IMG/VR virus record: IMGVR_UViG_3300015371_000006
Span: 47,597 to 111,596 of that record
DNA length: 64,000 bases
Strand: one strand, 5' to 3'
Origin: a virus
The position numbers were made by a program, and so were the translations under genes. The notes beneath the pieces were generated by a model. That model had not been told where the DNA came from. It searched no databases and worked only from the letters and a program-made list of their open reading frames with translations. This document shows positions 1 through 9,845 of this stretch, piece after piece (position 1 is the stretch's first letter; every line of letters begins with the position of its first letter).

Positions 1-3000
1 GGTCGTCGATCTCGCGGTCGACGGCCTCGTCGCGCGCAGCTTCGTTGGCGAGTTCGTCGTGCAGCTCAGCGACGTCGTCGGGCGTCTTCGCGTCGCCGAA
101 GACGAAGGTGCCCTCCAGGTCGGTGATGACGTAGCTGTGCTCGTCGTCGCGCGCGATGACGGCGTTCGGTGCGACCGCCACCTCGTCGCCCACGGCCAGC
201 TTCTCGGCGGCGTCCAGCGCGTCCTCGCGGCTCAGCGACGAGGAGGGGCTCGCCTGGCCTCCGGCGAAGCGACGCAGGTCGGGGTAGGTGGCGGCGAATT
301 GCGCGTCGCTCATCGGCCGCCCACGCACGGAGCCCGTGCTGCCGACGGTCTGCGGGTCGCCCTCGTAGATGTACCAGCCGCGTCCGGCTCGCTGGGCGAC
401 GACGCGCCCGCCGGTCAGGCCGGGCTCGGGGCCGGGGCGGTCCCACACGTACTCGTCCAGCTTGCCGCCCCGTTCCTTGCGCACCTCCAGGCGGCCGCTG
501 CCGGGGCTGCTTCCGGGGCTCCACTGGCCGGTCTTCTGGATCGCCAGCGCAGCTTCGACGGCCGGGCGCGGGACCATCTCCTCGTAGTCGAACTTCAGCA
601 TCACGGCGTCGCCGTCATCCTCGTCGAGAGCGCTCTGCAGTTGCTCCTTCGTGAAGGCCCAGGCCAGCATCCCCGGCTCGTCGGTGTAGTCGTAGCTCGC
701 CTGGTCGGTGCGGCCCTGCGGGATGAAGCGCTTGCCTGACTTGTCTGGCGCGGTCGCGCCCAGGCGCGCGTAGATCTCGGGCTTGCCGCCGCTGGCGGTC
801 ATGAACGCTTCGCTCTCGCGCTTGCCGTCCTTGCCCACCCGGTACGCCTTGCCGTTGGTCGTGATCCCGCCGTAGCCGGAGTTGCCGTAGATCATGAAGC
901 GGTTGCCGTCGTTGTCGACCGCAGCGGTGCCGTACTTGTCGGCCCAGCTCTGCGAGTCGGCGTTGATCAGCTTGTCCATCGAGCCCCACACGTAGCGGGC
1001 CTTGGAGGTGTCGCCCTCCCAGCCCTTCGTCCAGCCGAGCTTCTTCTTGCCCGTGCCGGGTGACGCCTGGCCGGGGCTGTGCTGACCGCCCATCGAGTCG
1101 GTGAAGCCGGGCGGCGGTTCGACTTCCTGATCGCTGGTCTCGACCTTGTCCAGCGGGACCACGAGCGTGCCGTGGTTGTCGGTCTTGACCCGCAGCTGGC
1201 CGAACTTGTGGTCGACGACCTCGCCCTGGACGAGATCCTCCTGCCCGCCGATCCTCGCCACCTTCGTGGTGATGTTCGTGCCCACCGGGTAGGCGGCCCT
1301 CGCCGCTGCGTCGCGCTCCTCGCGGCTGAGCTTTCCGCCGGGGCTGGCCTGGCCCAGTGGCCCCGTGGTCACCGGCACCGAACCGCCCGCGTTCTTGAGC
1401 TGGCGCTTCTCGCCCTTGGTCAGCTCGCGCTTCTCGGCGACCCGACTGAGCAGCTGGGCGATCTGCTTGTCCCGCATCTCGGCGTTCGCCGAGGTCCGGC
1501 TGCGGATCTGGCGGATCGAGCGCTGGATCGACTCGTGCTCGGGCGTCCCACCGAGGGTCATCGTGGGGCTGCGCTGACCCAGCGGCGGCATGCTGCTCAC
1601 GCCACCGGACGCCAGCCTGCGGTTGTGAGCGCCCTTCGCCCGCGCGTAGTCGTTGGCCTGCTTGCGGGCGAGGTAGTCCTGGTCGTCGAGGACGGCTTCG
1701 GCGGCTCGGGGCGGGTCGTATCCCTCCCCGACCGAACCGTCGGCGTAGTGGACGTCCACCAGCCCGTCCTCGCGGGCCTTCACCCAGGTCAGGCCATAGC
1801 TCTGCTCCTCGCCGGGCCAGAGGTAGTCGAGGTCGCCGACGATCTCGTCCTTGCTCAGCGCCTCGCCGGGGCTGCGCTGGCCGCCGGGCTTCGCGTCGCG
1901 CAGCTTGACGATCAGGTCGAGATCCTCGGGGTCGATGATCGTCTTGTTGCGCAGTGACTTCGCCAGGTTGCCGAACACCCGGCGGGTGTTCTCCTTGTTG
2001 ACGCCGTTCTTCGCCACGTCGGCGGCTAGGTTGCCGTCGGTCATCTTGATCATCGACACCACGTCGTCCATCTCGGCGTCGCTCATGTGCGTGTCGATTC
2101 GGCTGCGCTTCTTCGCCAGCTGCCGCAGCATGTCGTGGTCGCTGAGGCCGGGGCTCGCCTGGTAGCTGTCGGCGCGCATCTTCTCCAGCGCCGCGTCGTA
2201 GTCCAGCTTCGGCAGCTCGGGTGCCTTGCCGGTGGACGGGACGCGCTTGCGGCGTTCCAGGGCTCGCCGCTGCGGCGCGAGGGAGCGCACGGCAGCGTCG
2301 GCCTCCTCGGAGGGCGCGGCCTGCAAGCTCGGCGGGGAGAGCTGCAGCTTGTGGCCCGCGACCATCACCGACTTGCCGTCGGGGGTCACCTTGCCGCGCG
2401 AGCCGCCCAGGCTCACGCTGTCGCCGGGACGCAGCACGCGGCCGCGCCCCTCGGGGGCGAAGGTGCCGTCGGGCAGGCGGCGGATGCGGGCGATCCGGGC
2501 GGCCAGCTCGGAGGTCTTGCGCGCGGCTCCGCGCAGGCTCGCCTCCAGCAGCTCGCAGGCGGCTTCCTGCACGTCGATGTTCGGGTAGCGGCGCTTGACG
2601 GCGGCGCGGACCTTCTTCTTCTCGTCGGCCGATCCGTGCTGGCTTACGCGCGCGAGCGCGTTGCGCGCGTGGGCCTCGTCGTGGATCGGGTAGCGGCGGT
2701 CCGGCAGCGCGAAGTCGGAGTCGGGACGCTTCTTCCGAGCGGCGGCCGTCAGCGTGCCCTCCTCGACCTCCTTCTTGTTCGCGGCCGCCTTGGCCTTGAA
2801 CTTCTCGTCGCGGGCCTTGCTCAGGGAGTGGCCGCACTTCTTGCAGTCGGCGTTGCGGGCGCTCTGCTCGGTGCCGCACTCGGGACACTTGACGCTCTGC
2901 TCGGTTGTCTCGTCGCCCTTGCCCTCCTTCTCGGCCTTCGTGTCAGCCTCGGCCAGGCTCTGGTCGCGCTGGGGGTTGCGGGCGTTGCGCTTCTTGCGGC

Positions 3001-4750
3001 GCTTGTTGCGCTCGGCATCGGTCAGCTTCGGCTCGGGGGTGGAGGTATCAGCCGCAGGCTTGTTTCCCAGCAGGCGCTTGCGCAGCTTGCGCTTGTCCTG
3101 CGGGGTGAGCGCGCCTGGCGTGACTTGAGCCGCCTCGCCGCCTGAAAGCAGCGCCGTAGCAGTCTGGTGACCCACGATCCCGTCGACCATTAGCCCGTTT
3201 TCGCGCTGGTATTGCCTGACCGCCTGTTGGAAGCCCTGGCCGCCGCCGCCCACCTTGTCGGCGATGGCCGATCCCAGGCCACCGGAGGCCGAGCGGATGA
3301 ACTGGCCGCCGCCGGTCCGGCCCTTCGCGGCGCGCGGGTGCTTCTTTTCGAAGTCGCCTCCGGCCGACTGGCCGTCGCGGCCCTTCGGCTTCTTGCCGTA
3401 GTTCATCCCCCAGCGCGTGGTCCCGAAGGGCGTCGTGATCGACTTCGTGCGGAACTCCTCCACGTCGGCGATGCTCTCCTCCAGCTTGTCGCCGTTCTTG
3501 CCGTGGCGCTTGAGCAGCGCCCACGTCTCCGGCCCGATGGCCCCGTCGGCCTTCAGCCCGTAGCGGCGCTGGATGCGCTTGACGCCCTTCTCGGTCTCCG
3601 GCCCGAAGCGCCCGTCCGGCCCGGCGTCGCCGACGTAGGTGCCCATCGCACCCATCGCCTCCTGGGCGGCCTTGACGGAGGGGTCGCCCTCGCCCTGTCC
3701 GACGCCCCGGCCCTTCGCCAGCCAGACGTTCGCGCTGGGCGTATCCGTGGGCGTATCCGTGGGCGTATCGTCGGCGTCCGCGTCGCCCTCGGGCTCGCTC
3801 GGGTTCGCCTCCTCATCAGGATTTCCCCCATTGGGGGAACCGGCGCGCAGCTTCTCCACGTCCTCGGGCGAGGTGCCGCGCATGGCGATCCGGGTCTTGT
3901 CGCCCAGCACGCCGTCGGGCTTCAGCTCGTGGTCGCCCTGAAAGCTCTCGACCGCGCCCTTGGTCTCCTCGCCGTACTCCCCGTCGACGCCGACGTCGTA
4001 GCCCAGCGTCTTCAGCCTGGCCTGGGCCTGGCCTACGAGTTCCCCGGACCCTCCCTGCTTGAGGGTCAGCCCGTCGCTATGTGCCTCGGTAGGGCGGCCT
4101 CGTGGGCTACGCGCTTTGACCTTGGACATGCGCCGCTCTGCATCAGCGACCGGGTCGTCCTTGGCCTCGCGTACCTCCCCGCCCAATTCCTTGGCGAGAG
4201 CACGAAGCTCGGTTGCCTCGGTCAGCAGCGCTCTCGCTGCCTGCGCCTGAGCGCGGGGTTCGGCCGGTGGGCCACCCATCTGCACGATCCGCACGGATTC
4301 GCTGAGCGGAGTTTCGATCAGCTCGGGGACGGCCTTGACCAGTCCCGCCTTGCCCGTTGTCCTCGGTTCGCTGAGCGGTCCCAGCGCGCCCTCGATGACG
4401 ACCAGCCGCGCTTGCACCTCGCGCAGCACCCGCGCCGCCTCCTCGTCGCTGAGGATCAGGTCGGCGACCTCGGCCTCGGTCAGCTTCTTGCGCGAGTGCT
4501 TCAGTCGCCCCGGATCGAACTTGTCGAGCAGCACGGCGCAGCGGCGGTTCGCGTGATCCTTGCTGAGCCCGTGCTTGACCTGGTCGCGCACGCAGGACGT
4601 GAACGGGTGCGGTTTCGCCAGGTAGTGCTTCGCCAGCGGCGCGATCTTCTTCGTGTCGCCAGGGGTTACGTCCGCCGTGCCGGGCTTGCTGAAGGTCTCC
4701 ACCTCTTCGAGGTCACGCCTCTCGGGCGGCTGTTGCTGCGCCTCGGCCAC
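1..4750 (-). CDS. Giant virion-associated polyprotein, partial (at least 1583 aa, runs off left edge): 3 PG_binding_1-like domains, DUF6582-like domain, then 70-170-aa modules separated by GQxSP
   Basis: Hand translation of most of the minus frame (codons at positions = 2 mod 3) found no stop, and the track lists no ORF in this frame, as expected if no stop lies in the window. GTG at 4750 is 6 nt after TACGAT. Motifs: LKQGGSGELVGQAQARLKTLGYDVGVDGEYGEETKGAVESFQ, DGRFGPETEKGVKRIQRRYGLKADGAIGPETW, LTAAARKKRPDSDFALPDRRYPIHDEAHARNALARV. Confidence 0.9.
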   Translation of the reverse strand, partial: MAEAQQQPPERRDLEEVETFSKPGTADVTPGDTKKIAPLAKHYLAKPHPFTSCVRDQVKHGLSKDHANRRCAVLLDKFDPGRLKHSRKKLTEAEVADLILSDEEAARVLREVQARLVVIEGALGPLSEPRTTGKAGLVKAVPELIETPLSESVRIVQMGGPPAEPRAQAQAARALLTEATELRALAKELGGEVREAKDDPVADAERRMSKVKARSPRGRPTEAHSDGLTLKQGGSGELVGQAQARLKTLGYDVGVDGEYGEETKGAVESFQGDHELKPDGVLGDKTRIAMRGTSPEDVEKLRAGSPNGGNPDEEANPSEPEGDADADDTPTDTPTDTPSANVWLAKGRGVGQGEGDPSVKAAQEAMGAMGTYVGDAGPDGRFGPETEKGVKRIQRRYGLKADGAIGPETWALLKRHGKNGDKLEESIADVEEFRTKSITTPFGTTRWGMNYGKKPKGRDGQSAGGDFEKKHPRAAKGRTGGGQFIRSASGGLGSAIADKVGGGGQGFQQAVRQYQRENGLMVDGIVGHQTATALLSGGEAAQVTPGALTPQDKRKLRKRLLGNKPAADTSTPEPKLTDAERNKRRKKRNARNPQRDQSLAEADTKAEKEGKGDETTEQSVKCPECGTEQSARNADCKKCGHSLSKARDEKFKAKAAANKKEVEEGTLTAAARKKRPDSDFALPDRRYPIHDEAHARNALARVSQHGSADEKKKVRAAVKRRYPNIDVQEAACELLEASLRGAARKTSELAARIARIRRLPDGTFAPEGRGRVLRPGDSVSLGGSRGKVTPDGKSVMVAGHKLQLSPPSLQAAPSEEADAAVRSLAPQRRALERRKRVPSTGKAPELPKLDYDAALEKMRADSYQASPGLSDHDMLRQLAKKRSRIDTHMSDAEMDDVVSMIKMTDGNLAADVAKNGVNKENTRRVFGNLAKSLRNKTIIDPEDLDLIVKLRDAKPGGQRSPGEALSKDEIVGDLDYLWPGEEQSYGLTWVKAREDGLVDVHYADGSVGEGYDPPRAAEAVLDDQDYLARKQANDYARAKGAHNRRLASGGVSSMPPLGQRSPTMTLGGTPEHESIQRSIRQIRSRTSANAEMRDKQIAQLLSRVAEKRELTKGEKRQLKNAGGSVPVTTGPLGQASPGGKLSREERDAAARAAYPVGTNITTKVARIGGQEDLVQGEVVDHKFGQLRVKTDNHGTLVVPLDKVETSDQEVEPPPGFTDSMGGQHSPGQASPGTGKKKLGWTKGWEGDTSKARYVWGSMDKLINADSQSWADKYGTAAVDNDGNRFMIYGNSGYGGITTNGKAYRVGKDGKRESEAFMTASGGKPEIYARLGATAPDKSGKRFIPQGRTDQASYDYTDEPGMLAWAFTKEQLQSALDEDDGDAVMLKFDYEEMVPRPAVEAALAIQKTGQWSPGSSPGSGRLEVRKERGGKLDEYVWDRPGPEPGLTGGRVVAQRAGRGWYIYEGDPQTVGSTGSVRGRPMSDAQFAATYPDLRRFAGGQASPSSSLSREDALDAAEKLAVGDEVAVAPNAVIARDDEHSYVITDLEGTFVFGDAKTPDDVAELHDELANEAARDEAVDREIDD
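3736..3770. repeat. 12-bp tandem repeat x3 (TGGGCGTATCCG), encoding a DTPT linker
   Basis: Seen directly. Confidence 0.8.
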
Positions 4751-4941
4751 GTCGTCATCGTAACCGCGCCCTGGGCGGCTACCCCGGTTGGACTTCGATC
4801 CGTAGCGGCGTGTTGCCCGGTGCGGTGACGTGGATGATCCGGCGGCGGTGCTCGGTGCGGACCTCGCTGATCTTGATATCGGGGTCGGCGACCAGCGCCT
4901 GCTCGACGCCACTGAAGCCCCGGTTCAGCCGCTCGCGCGTG

Positions 4942-5241
4942 TCAGGCGGCGACGAGGAGGTCTTCGTCTCGGGCGTCGATGAGTCCATCGATGAGGGCGT
5001 TGATGTCGAGCGGGGAGCCGATCCCGAGGTAGCAGCTCTCCCACGCCGGTCGGGTGTCTAGGAGGACGCGCTTCCATTCATGGCGGTTCTCCTTGTCGTG
5101 GGGCCAGACGATTCGTTGCTGGGCGATCCGCCAAGCGTGGTCGAAGGCGAGGCCCTTGCGCTTCATCCGCACCAGCTCCTCGCAGAGCTGTCGGGGCGGG
5201 GGAACGCTCCTACGCCTCGCCTGTTCCAGCTCCGTTGCCAT
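4942..5241 (-). CDS. Hypothetical protein
   Basis: ORF with GGAGGG RBS; start trimmed to MATELEQ. Confidence 0.65.
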   Translation of the reverse strand: MATELEQARRRSVPPPRQLCEELVRMKRKGLAFDHAWRIAQQRIVWPHDKENRHEWKRVLLDTRPAWESCYLGIGSPLDINALIDGLIDARDEDLLVAA

Positions 5242-5416
5242 CTCTGCCCTCCAGCTGCAGTCGCGTGTCATTGCGATACGTGCGGATGACGCCGAGGGTG
5301 TCGGTGAGGTCGCGCTCTAGGACCGACAGTGCGCGGTCGCGCTCTGCGGGGTCGGTGAGGGTCGCCTGCGTGCGCTCGACGTGTGCCCGGAGATCCTTCA
5401 GCACCTGCGGGGCCAT
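5210..5416 (-). CDS. Hypothetical protein
   Basis: ORF with TACTAT upstream; overlaps next gene. Confidence 0.55.
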   Translation of the reverse strand: MAPQVLKDLRAHVERTQATLTDPAERDRALSVLERDLTDTLGVIRTYRNDTRLQLEGRDGNGAGTGEA

Positions 5417-5432
5417 GTGCGCGAGATAGTAG

Positions 5433-5633
5433 CTAGCCGTCGGACGGAATGGGGCCGTCTGTCGGAATGTCGGAGTGGTAGATGGAGCGAGTCGCCTGCC
5501 AGCGGTTCGGTGCGTCGTCGAAGACTTGCTCGGCGATGGTGCGCGCCTTGTCCCATCGGTCGCGGTTCTCAGGCGTCACCACGAAGGGCGGGTACTCCTC
5601 GGGTTCGGCCGCTGGCCGGGCCTCATCTGCCAC
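5433..5633 (-). CDS. Small acidic hypothetical protein (leaderless)
   Basis: GTG 6 nt after TACGCT; high-GC3 codons. Confidence 0.6.
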   Translation of the reverse strand: MADEARPAAEPEEYPPFVVTPENRDRWDKARTIAEQVFDDAPNRWQATRSIYHSDIPTDGPIPSDG

Positions 5634-5659
5634 CCGGCCAGCGTACCGTTCTCGTCGGC

Positions 5660-6193
5660 CTACCCCTTCGGCTCGCGGTTGCCGAGCCGCACGCAGTCGC
5701 CGCACCACTCGGTGCCGTTGTCGATCACGGCGTCGGGGTCGGTGGTGTCGATCTCGTCGCCGCAGCCGTCGCACATGGCGAAGCCGTGCGGCTCGCGGTC
5801 GAGCACCGGCCAGTCCCACTCCATCTGGAAGCCGTCGCTCTCGACGCCCTCCCGGCCCTCGCGCTCGATGGCGAGCAGCCTGCCCCACACGGCGCTGTAG
5901 GTGCCCGCGCGCTCGTATCCGCAGCGCTGTCCGACCGCGTTCTTGAAGTTGTCGTAGTCGATGTCCCATGCGAGACGCTCTACGACCTTCGCCCACTCGG
6001 CCTTGGCGAGCACGATCCTTGCGGGGTAGTCCGCGCCCTTGATCCCTTCGATGATCTCCGGGGCCGTGTCGCGCTCCAGCAGCTCGATGAGACGCTCCAG
6101 GTCGGCGCGGGCGCGTGCCCGGACCATCACCAGGGTGTCGTCATCGCGGTGCTCGACGGCGCTGTAGAACCCGATGTCTGTCATCAGCCACAT
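5660..6193 (-). CDS. Conserved phage hypothetical protein with C-terminal CxxC..CxxC
   Basis: MWLMTDIGFYSAV..VRAR..DYPAR..IDYDNFK pattern; AGGAGG RBS. Confidence 0.75.
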   Translation of the reverse strand: MWLMTDIGFYSAVEHRDDDTLVMVRARARADLERLIELLERDTAPEIIEGIKGADYPARIVLAKAEWAKVVERLAWDIDYDNFKNAVGQRCGYERAGTYSAVWGRLLAIEREGREGVESDGFQMEWDWPVLDREPHGFAMCDGCGDEIDTTDPDAVIDNGTEWCGDCVRLGNREPKG

Positions 6194-6195
6194 GG

Positions 6196-6600
6196 CTAGG
6201 CCTCCTGCTTCGCGTCGAGGTGCTCGCGCATCTCGCCGAGCCCGCTGAGGGTCGAGTTCTGCATGCCGTTCATGCTCGGCAGCCGCTGCGAGGCGAAGCC
6301 GACCGCGTCGGCCTGCCGCTCCGCAAGGTGCGCCTGCGAGCCCCGGACCAGCCCCAGGATGTAGTCGGTGTCGTCGCCGTCGTCGGTGACGATCTCGACC
6401 GGGATCGCCCGCAGCTTGCGCGGCTGCAGGACGTAGCCCTCGACCTGGAACGTGGTGCCGTAGCTGAGGTACTTGTGCTCGTTCGCCTCCTCGTCGGTGA
6501 CCAGGGTGCTGGTCGCCAGGAAGATGTTGAGGCTGTCCGCTCCGCTGCCCATGAACTCGCGCAGCTCGGCGGTGTCGGTGATGTAGTCGTTGTTGCTCAT
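6196..6600 (-). CDS. Hypothetical protein
   Basis: GAGAGG RBS, codon usage. Confidence 0.7.
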   Translation of the reverse strand: MSNNDYITDTAELREFMGSGADSLNIFLATSTLVTDEEANEHKYLSYGTTFQVEGYVLQPRKLRAIPVEIVTDDGDDTDYILGLVRGSQAHLAERQADAVGFASQRLPSMNGMQNSTLSGLGEMREHLDAKQEA

Positions 6601-6615
6601 GTTGTCCTCTCTGCC

Positions 6616-7125
6616 CTAGACCGCGTACTCGCGGAGGTCGGGCATGGTCGGGTCGTTCATGACCTGCTCGGCGCGGTCCGCGCCCTCTGCGGTCAGTTCC
6701 TGCTTCGGCAGCCGCGCCTTGATGTGGATGTCGAAGCCGTGGGCGGGCCAGAAGCGCCTGCCCTCGTCGTCGACCTCCGGCAGGGTCGCGTCCTCGTCCA
6801 GCTTCAGGACGAAGCCGGGGCTGCAGGGGCACATCGAGCAGCCCGCGTGCTGGTCCCACCGGAGGGTGCCGCTGATGCCCAGCTCGGCGAGCGCCACCTT
6901 GGCGATCTTCCGGTAGAGCGCCGTCGGGCGGCTCGTCCGGTTCGCCATGTTCTCCAGCAGGTTCTCGCCCTCCGGCCAGACGTAGACGCGGGGGGCCTTG
7001 TTCCGGCTGCGCCAGCTGCGCTCGTAGCGCCTGCCGCTGATCGCCGCCTTGACGTCCAGGCCGTCGGCCGGGGTGCGGCGGGTCTTGATCGTCCGGTATC
7101 CGTCCTTGTCGGTGCGTGTGCTCAT
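6616..7125 (-). CDS. Hypothetical protein (AGCSMCPCSPGF motif)
   Basis: AGGAGG RBS; lies downstream of palindromic operator. Confidence 0.7.
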   Translation of the reverse strand: MSTRTDKDGYRTIKTRRTPADGLDVKAAISGRRYERSWRSRNKAPRVYVWPEGENLLENMANRTSRPTALYRKIAKVALAELGISGTLRWDQHAGCSMCPCSPGFVLKLDEDATLPEVDDEGRRFWPAHGFDIHIKARLPKQELTAEGADRAEQVMNDPTMPDLREYAV

Positions 7126-7153
7126 CGGGAACCTCCTGTAGTTGGTCGGGCTA

Positions 7154-7172
7154 CTGCTACAGATGGTAGCAC
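7154..7172. promoter_or_regulatory. 19-bp palindromic operator overlapping extended -10 (CTGCTACAGATGGTAGCAC)
   Basis: One of six or more copies; sits between divergent genes. Confidence 0.75.
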
Positions 7173-7202
7173 ATGACGACGGCGGTGATACGGTGGTGCG
7201 CA

Positions 7203-7931
7203 ATGGGGATTGCGGTCGTCAAGCGCGACGTCTGTTCGGTGCCGGACCCGCTTCCGTTCTGGCACGCCGTGGGCGCTGACCGCGTGGACGGCAAGCCCGA
7301 GGAGCAGTCGACGTCGCTCGCCCAGGTCACGCCCAGCCGCATCGACTGGTTCGCCTCCGGGGGCCCCGGCAACCGGCCCTTCCGACGGCTGCGGGTTCTG
7401 CCCGGCGATGAGTGCTTCGGGGAGCGGTGCGAGTTGGGCAACAACGGCCAGCCGACGTTCTTCGTCTATGCGCCCGAGACCTATTCGGTCACCCGCTATC
7501 ACCTGCGGCTCGGCCCCTTCCCGCTCGACACCCGGTCGTGGCAGGTGGTGACGCAGTTCAAGCAGGTGCAGCCGCACCCGCGCGAGGACACCAACGGCTC
7601 GCCGATCCTCGCCATCGAGGCCAACGAGGGGCGCTGGTGGTTGAAGTCGTCGGGCGAGAAGGTGCTCCAGGGGCCGCCCGCAGCGCTCGCGCGGTGGACG
7701 TTCCTGTCGCTGAAGGTGCGCTGGTCGCTGACCGGGGGCCGGGTGCAGTTCATCGTCGACGACTGGCGCTCGGAGGTGCGCTCGATGCGGACGCTGAAGT
7801 TCGCCGCCGAGGCCGGGCGCGGGTTCGCTGCCGGTGATCCGATCCCCTGCCACCTCCGCATCGGTCCGTACCACGCCACGGGGCTGCCCGAGGCCGTGGT
7901 CGACGTCGCCAACGTCCGCGTGCTGGCCTGA
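7203..7931 (+). CDS. Polysaccharide lyase-like (heparin lyase I / PF14099-type beta-jelly-roll) protein
   Basis: GERCEL, WQVVTQFKQ, SPILAIE, VRWS..G.VQ, LRIGPYH motifs; TACGGT 8 nt before ATG. Confidence 0.6.
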   Translation: MGIAVVKRDVCSVPDPLPFWHAVGADRVDGKPEEQSTSLAQVTPSRIDWFASGGPGNRPFRRLRVLPGDECFGERCELGNNGQPTFFVYAPETYSVTRYHLRLGPFPLDTRSWQVVTQFKQVQPHPREDTNGSPILAIEANEGRWWLKSSGEKVLQGPPAALARWTFLSLKVRWSLTGGRVQFIVDDWRSEVRSMRTLKFAAEAGRGFAAGDPIPCHLRIGPYHATGLPEAVVDVANVRVLA

Positions 7932-7938
7932 ACGACAT

Positions 7939-7961
7939 GAGCCCGGCGCGTGGCCGGGCTC
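7939..7961. terminator. Hairpin between convergent genes
   Basis: GAGCCCGGC-gcgtg-GCCGGGCTC. Confidence 0.65.
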
Positions 7962-8004
7962 TGTCGCATAGGGGTGCGCAGTCAGGTCGCGCGACCCTAT
8001 CGCC

Positions 8005-9036
8005 TCATGCAGCGAGCACCAGGTCCAGACCCTTCTGCTTGAGGTTCTGATCCTCGAAGCTCCGCTGCACCTGGTCGGTGCGCTTCGTGACCCGCCGGAA
8101 GTGGTCGGCGAATTCCGCGACCGCGTTCGCGGCCACCCACTTCGTGCCGGGGCTGTTCCCGGTCGTGTCGCCGTCCGGCGCGGTGCCGTTGAAGAGCGCG
8201 TTCAGCAGCTCGCGGTTGTCCTCGCGGTTGCGGATTGCGATCTTGCGGTCGGCGTCGCGCATCTCGGCCTCCTGCGCCTCGGTGAATCCGATCAGCGGCC
8301 GGACCACCTTCTTGTCGAAGCGGTCGGGGCTCATCGCCTCGCGGGCGAGTTCGTCGCCGAGCTTCTTCATGGCGGCGTTCCAGTTGAGGGTGATGTCCAT
8401 GACCTTGCGGGCCTCGCCCAGCTTCTCGGCCATGTCACCCGTGTGCCGGAACTTGTAGGTGCGGGGGCTGTTCTCCGACTTGGAGAGCGCCCATCCGAGG
8501 GTGTTCGCGCAGACGATCCGCACGTCGGTCGCGGCAGCAGTGACCGCCATCGAGCCGTCGTGCGAGTTGGCGCAGTAGACGTAGCGGGCGATCTCGTCGC
8601 CGCCGATCTCCACCAGCTCGGGGATCTTCGCCAGCACCCACACGCGGCGTCCGTTGCCGAGGCTGCCTGCCGTCTCGATCTCGATCTCGCCGCCGAGCAG
8701 CGCGTCGAGCCAGAGGAAGGCGTCGCGGTTCGGGACCACCTTGTAGTCGTTGCTGACGATCCCGAGGACTTCCGAGGTGTCCTCGCGGATGTTCGCCCGC
8801 CAGTTCGCAGCCTGCACGAGGTTGCTCTCCATCTGCGGGACGAAGATGCCGGGCATGCCCTCCTGCGGGGGGAGCGCGACGAACACGTCGCCCTGGTTGA
8901 CGGCCCAGGTCAGCTCGGCCTTCTCCAGCGCCTCGTCGATGGACTTCGGATAGTCGTCGAGGACGACGCCGAGTCCGTGCCAGGGCATGCTGCGGACGCT
9001 GAACATGCTGTCCGCTTCCTTGATTCCGTGAGCCAT
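8005..9036 (-). CDS. DUF932/DUF945 phage/plasmid-like protein
   Basis: PWHGLG, LGIVS..Y..V.N, ETAGSL..GRRVW, NSHDGS, RIVCANT motifs. Confidence 0.9.
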   Translation of the reverse strand: MAHGIKEADSMFSVRSMPWHGLGVVLDDYPKSIDEALEKAELTWAVNQGDVFVALPPQEGMPGIFVPQMESNLVQAANWRANIREDTSEVLGIVSNDYKVVPNRDAFLWLDALLGGEIEIETAGSLGNGRRVWVLAKIPELVEIGGDEIARYVYCANSHDGSMAVTAAATDVRIVCANTLGWALSKSENSPRTYKFRHTGDMAEKLGEARKVMDITLNWNAAMKKLGDELAREAMSPDRFDKKVVRPLIGFTEAQEAEMRDADRKIAIRNREDNRELLNALFNGTAPDGDTTGNSPGTKWVAANAVAEFADHFRRVTKRTDQVQRSFEDQNLKQKGLDLVLAA

Positions 9037-9041
9037 GTTGG

Positions 9042-9054
9042 CCTCCTTGGTCGG
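9042..9054 (-). promoter_or_regulatory. Start-associated sequence CCGACCAAGGAGG (representative copy)
   Basis: Exact copies also at 26979, 29002, 47075, 51995 and 62297. Confidence 0.75.
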
Positions 9055-9236
9055 TTGACCGGACAGCCTACCAGCAATTTCTTACGGCTATTTATTACTG
9101 CGGCTCAGGGTGCCCGCCAGCCGGATCGGGCAGGCGCGCGCGTGTGAGGTCGTCTCGCGGTCGCAGATGCGGCAGTAGTCGCCGAGGCCGGGGTAGCGGC
9201 GGTGGCCGTTGATCCAGATCCAGTAGAACGCGTCGC

Positions 9237-9668
9237 TCAGCGTGGATCGCCCCATTGCGCCTCCTCCAGCTCGACCTCGCACTCGGGCACGCGCGCGTCG
9301 TTGAGGCCGCGCCGCCAGAACTCCAGCACGCGGATCGGCTCGCTGTTCATCGTCGGGCCGCTTGCGCAGCAGCCCGCGTTGGGCGGGTCGCCGTAGTGCA
9401 GCCCGTTGCCCTTGCGCAGCGCGTTCTCCATCTCGTTGGGGCTCCAGTGGAATCCCTTCGGCCCGAAGTTGCCGGGCGTGTTGCTGATCGCCACCTTGAA
9501 GTGCGTGTGGCAGTTCTGGCAGCGGATCTCCAGCAGCGCGATCTCGTTCGCGTAGATGTGCGCCCCCTCGTCGGGGCCGAACTCGCAGTAGCGGGGCACG
9601 CCGTCCTCGTCCCACCACTTCGGCCGCTCGTCGATGCGGTCGATGATGTCGCGGTAGTGGTGGTGCAT
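9237..9668 (-). CDS. Cys-rich phage hypothetical protein
   Basis: WWDEDGVPRY..F, CQNC, LHYGDPPN motifs. Confidence 0.7.
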   Translation of the reverse strand: MHHHYRDIIDRIDERPKWWDEDGVPRYCEFGPDEGAHIYANEIALLEIRCQNCHTHFKVAISNTPGNFGPKGFHWSPNEMENALRKGNGLHYGDPPNAGCCASGPTMNSEPIRVLEFWRRGLNDARVPECEVELEEAQWGDPR

Positions 9669-9845
9669 CAGGCCGGGTCGGGCTCGTCCGGCATCATTGC
9701 GCCGATGTAGTCGAGGCCCAGCTTGATCGGCATGTCCGATCCCTCCCACCAGCCGATCCAGCGGCCGTCGGCGGCGATCCCGACGCGGATGAAGGTGTCG
9801 CCCTCGCCGTCGGTGAAGCGCTCCTCGGTGCAGGCTTCGCTCGGG

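Noticed and set aside
59-4828. Long plus-strand ORFs (59..739, 1079..1957, 2087..3145, 3212..4828) and the 757-aa minus ORF 615..2888
   Set aside because: Antisense or off-frame shadows of the real minus-frame gene; R/A/G/P-rich with no motifs. The same applies to most long plus-strand ORFs in this high-GC window (e.g. 22197..24383, 30130..32469).
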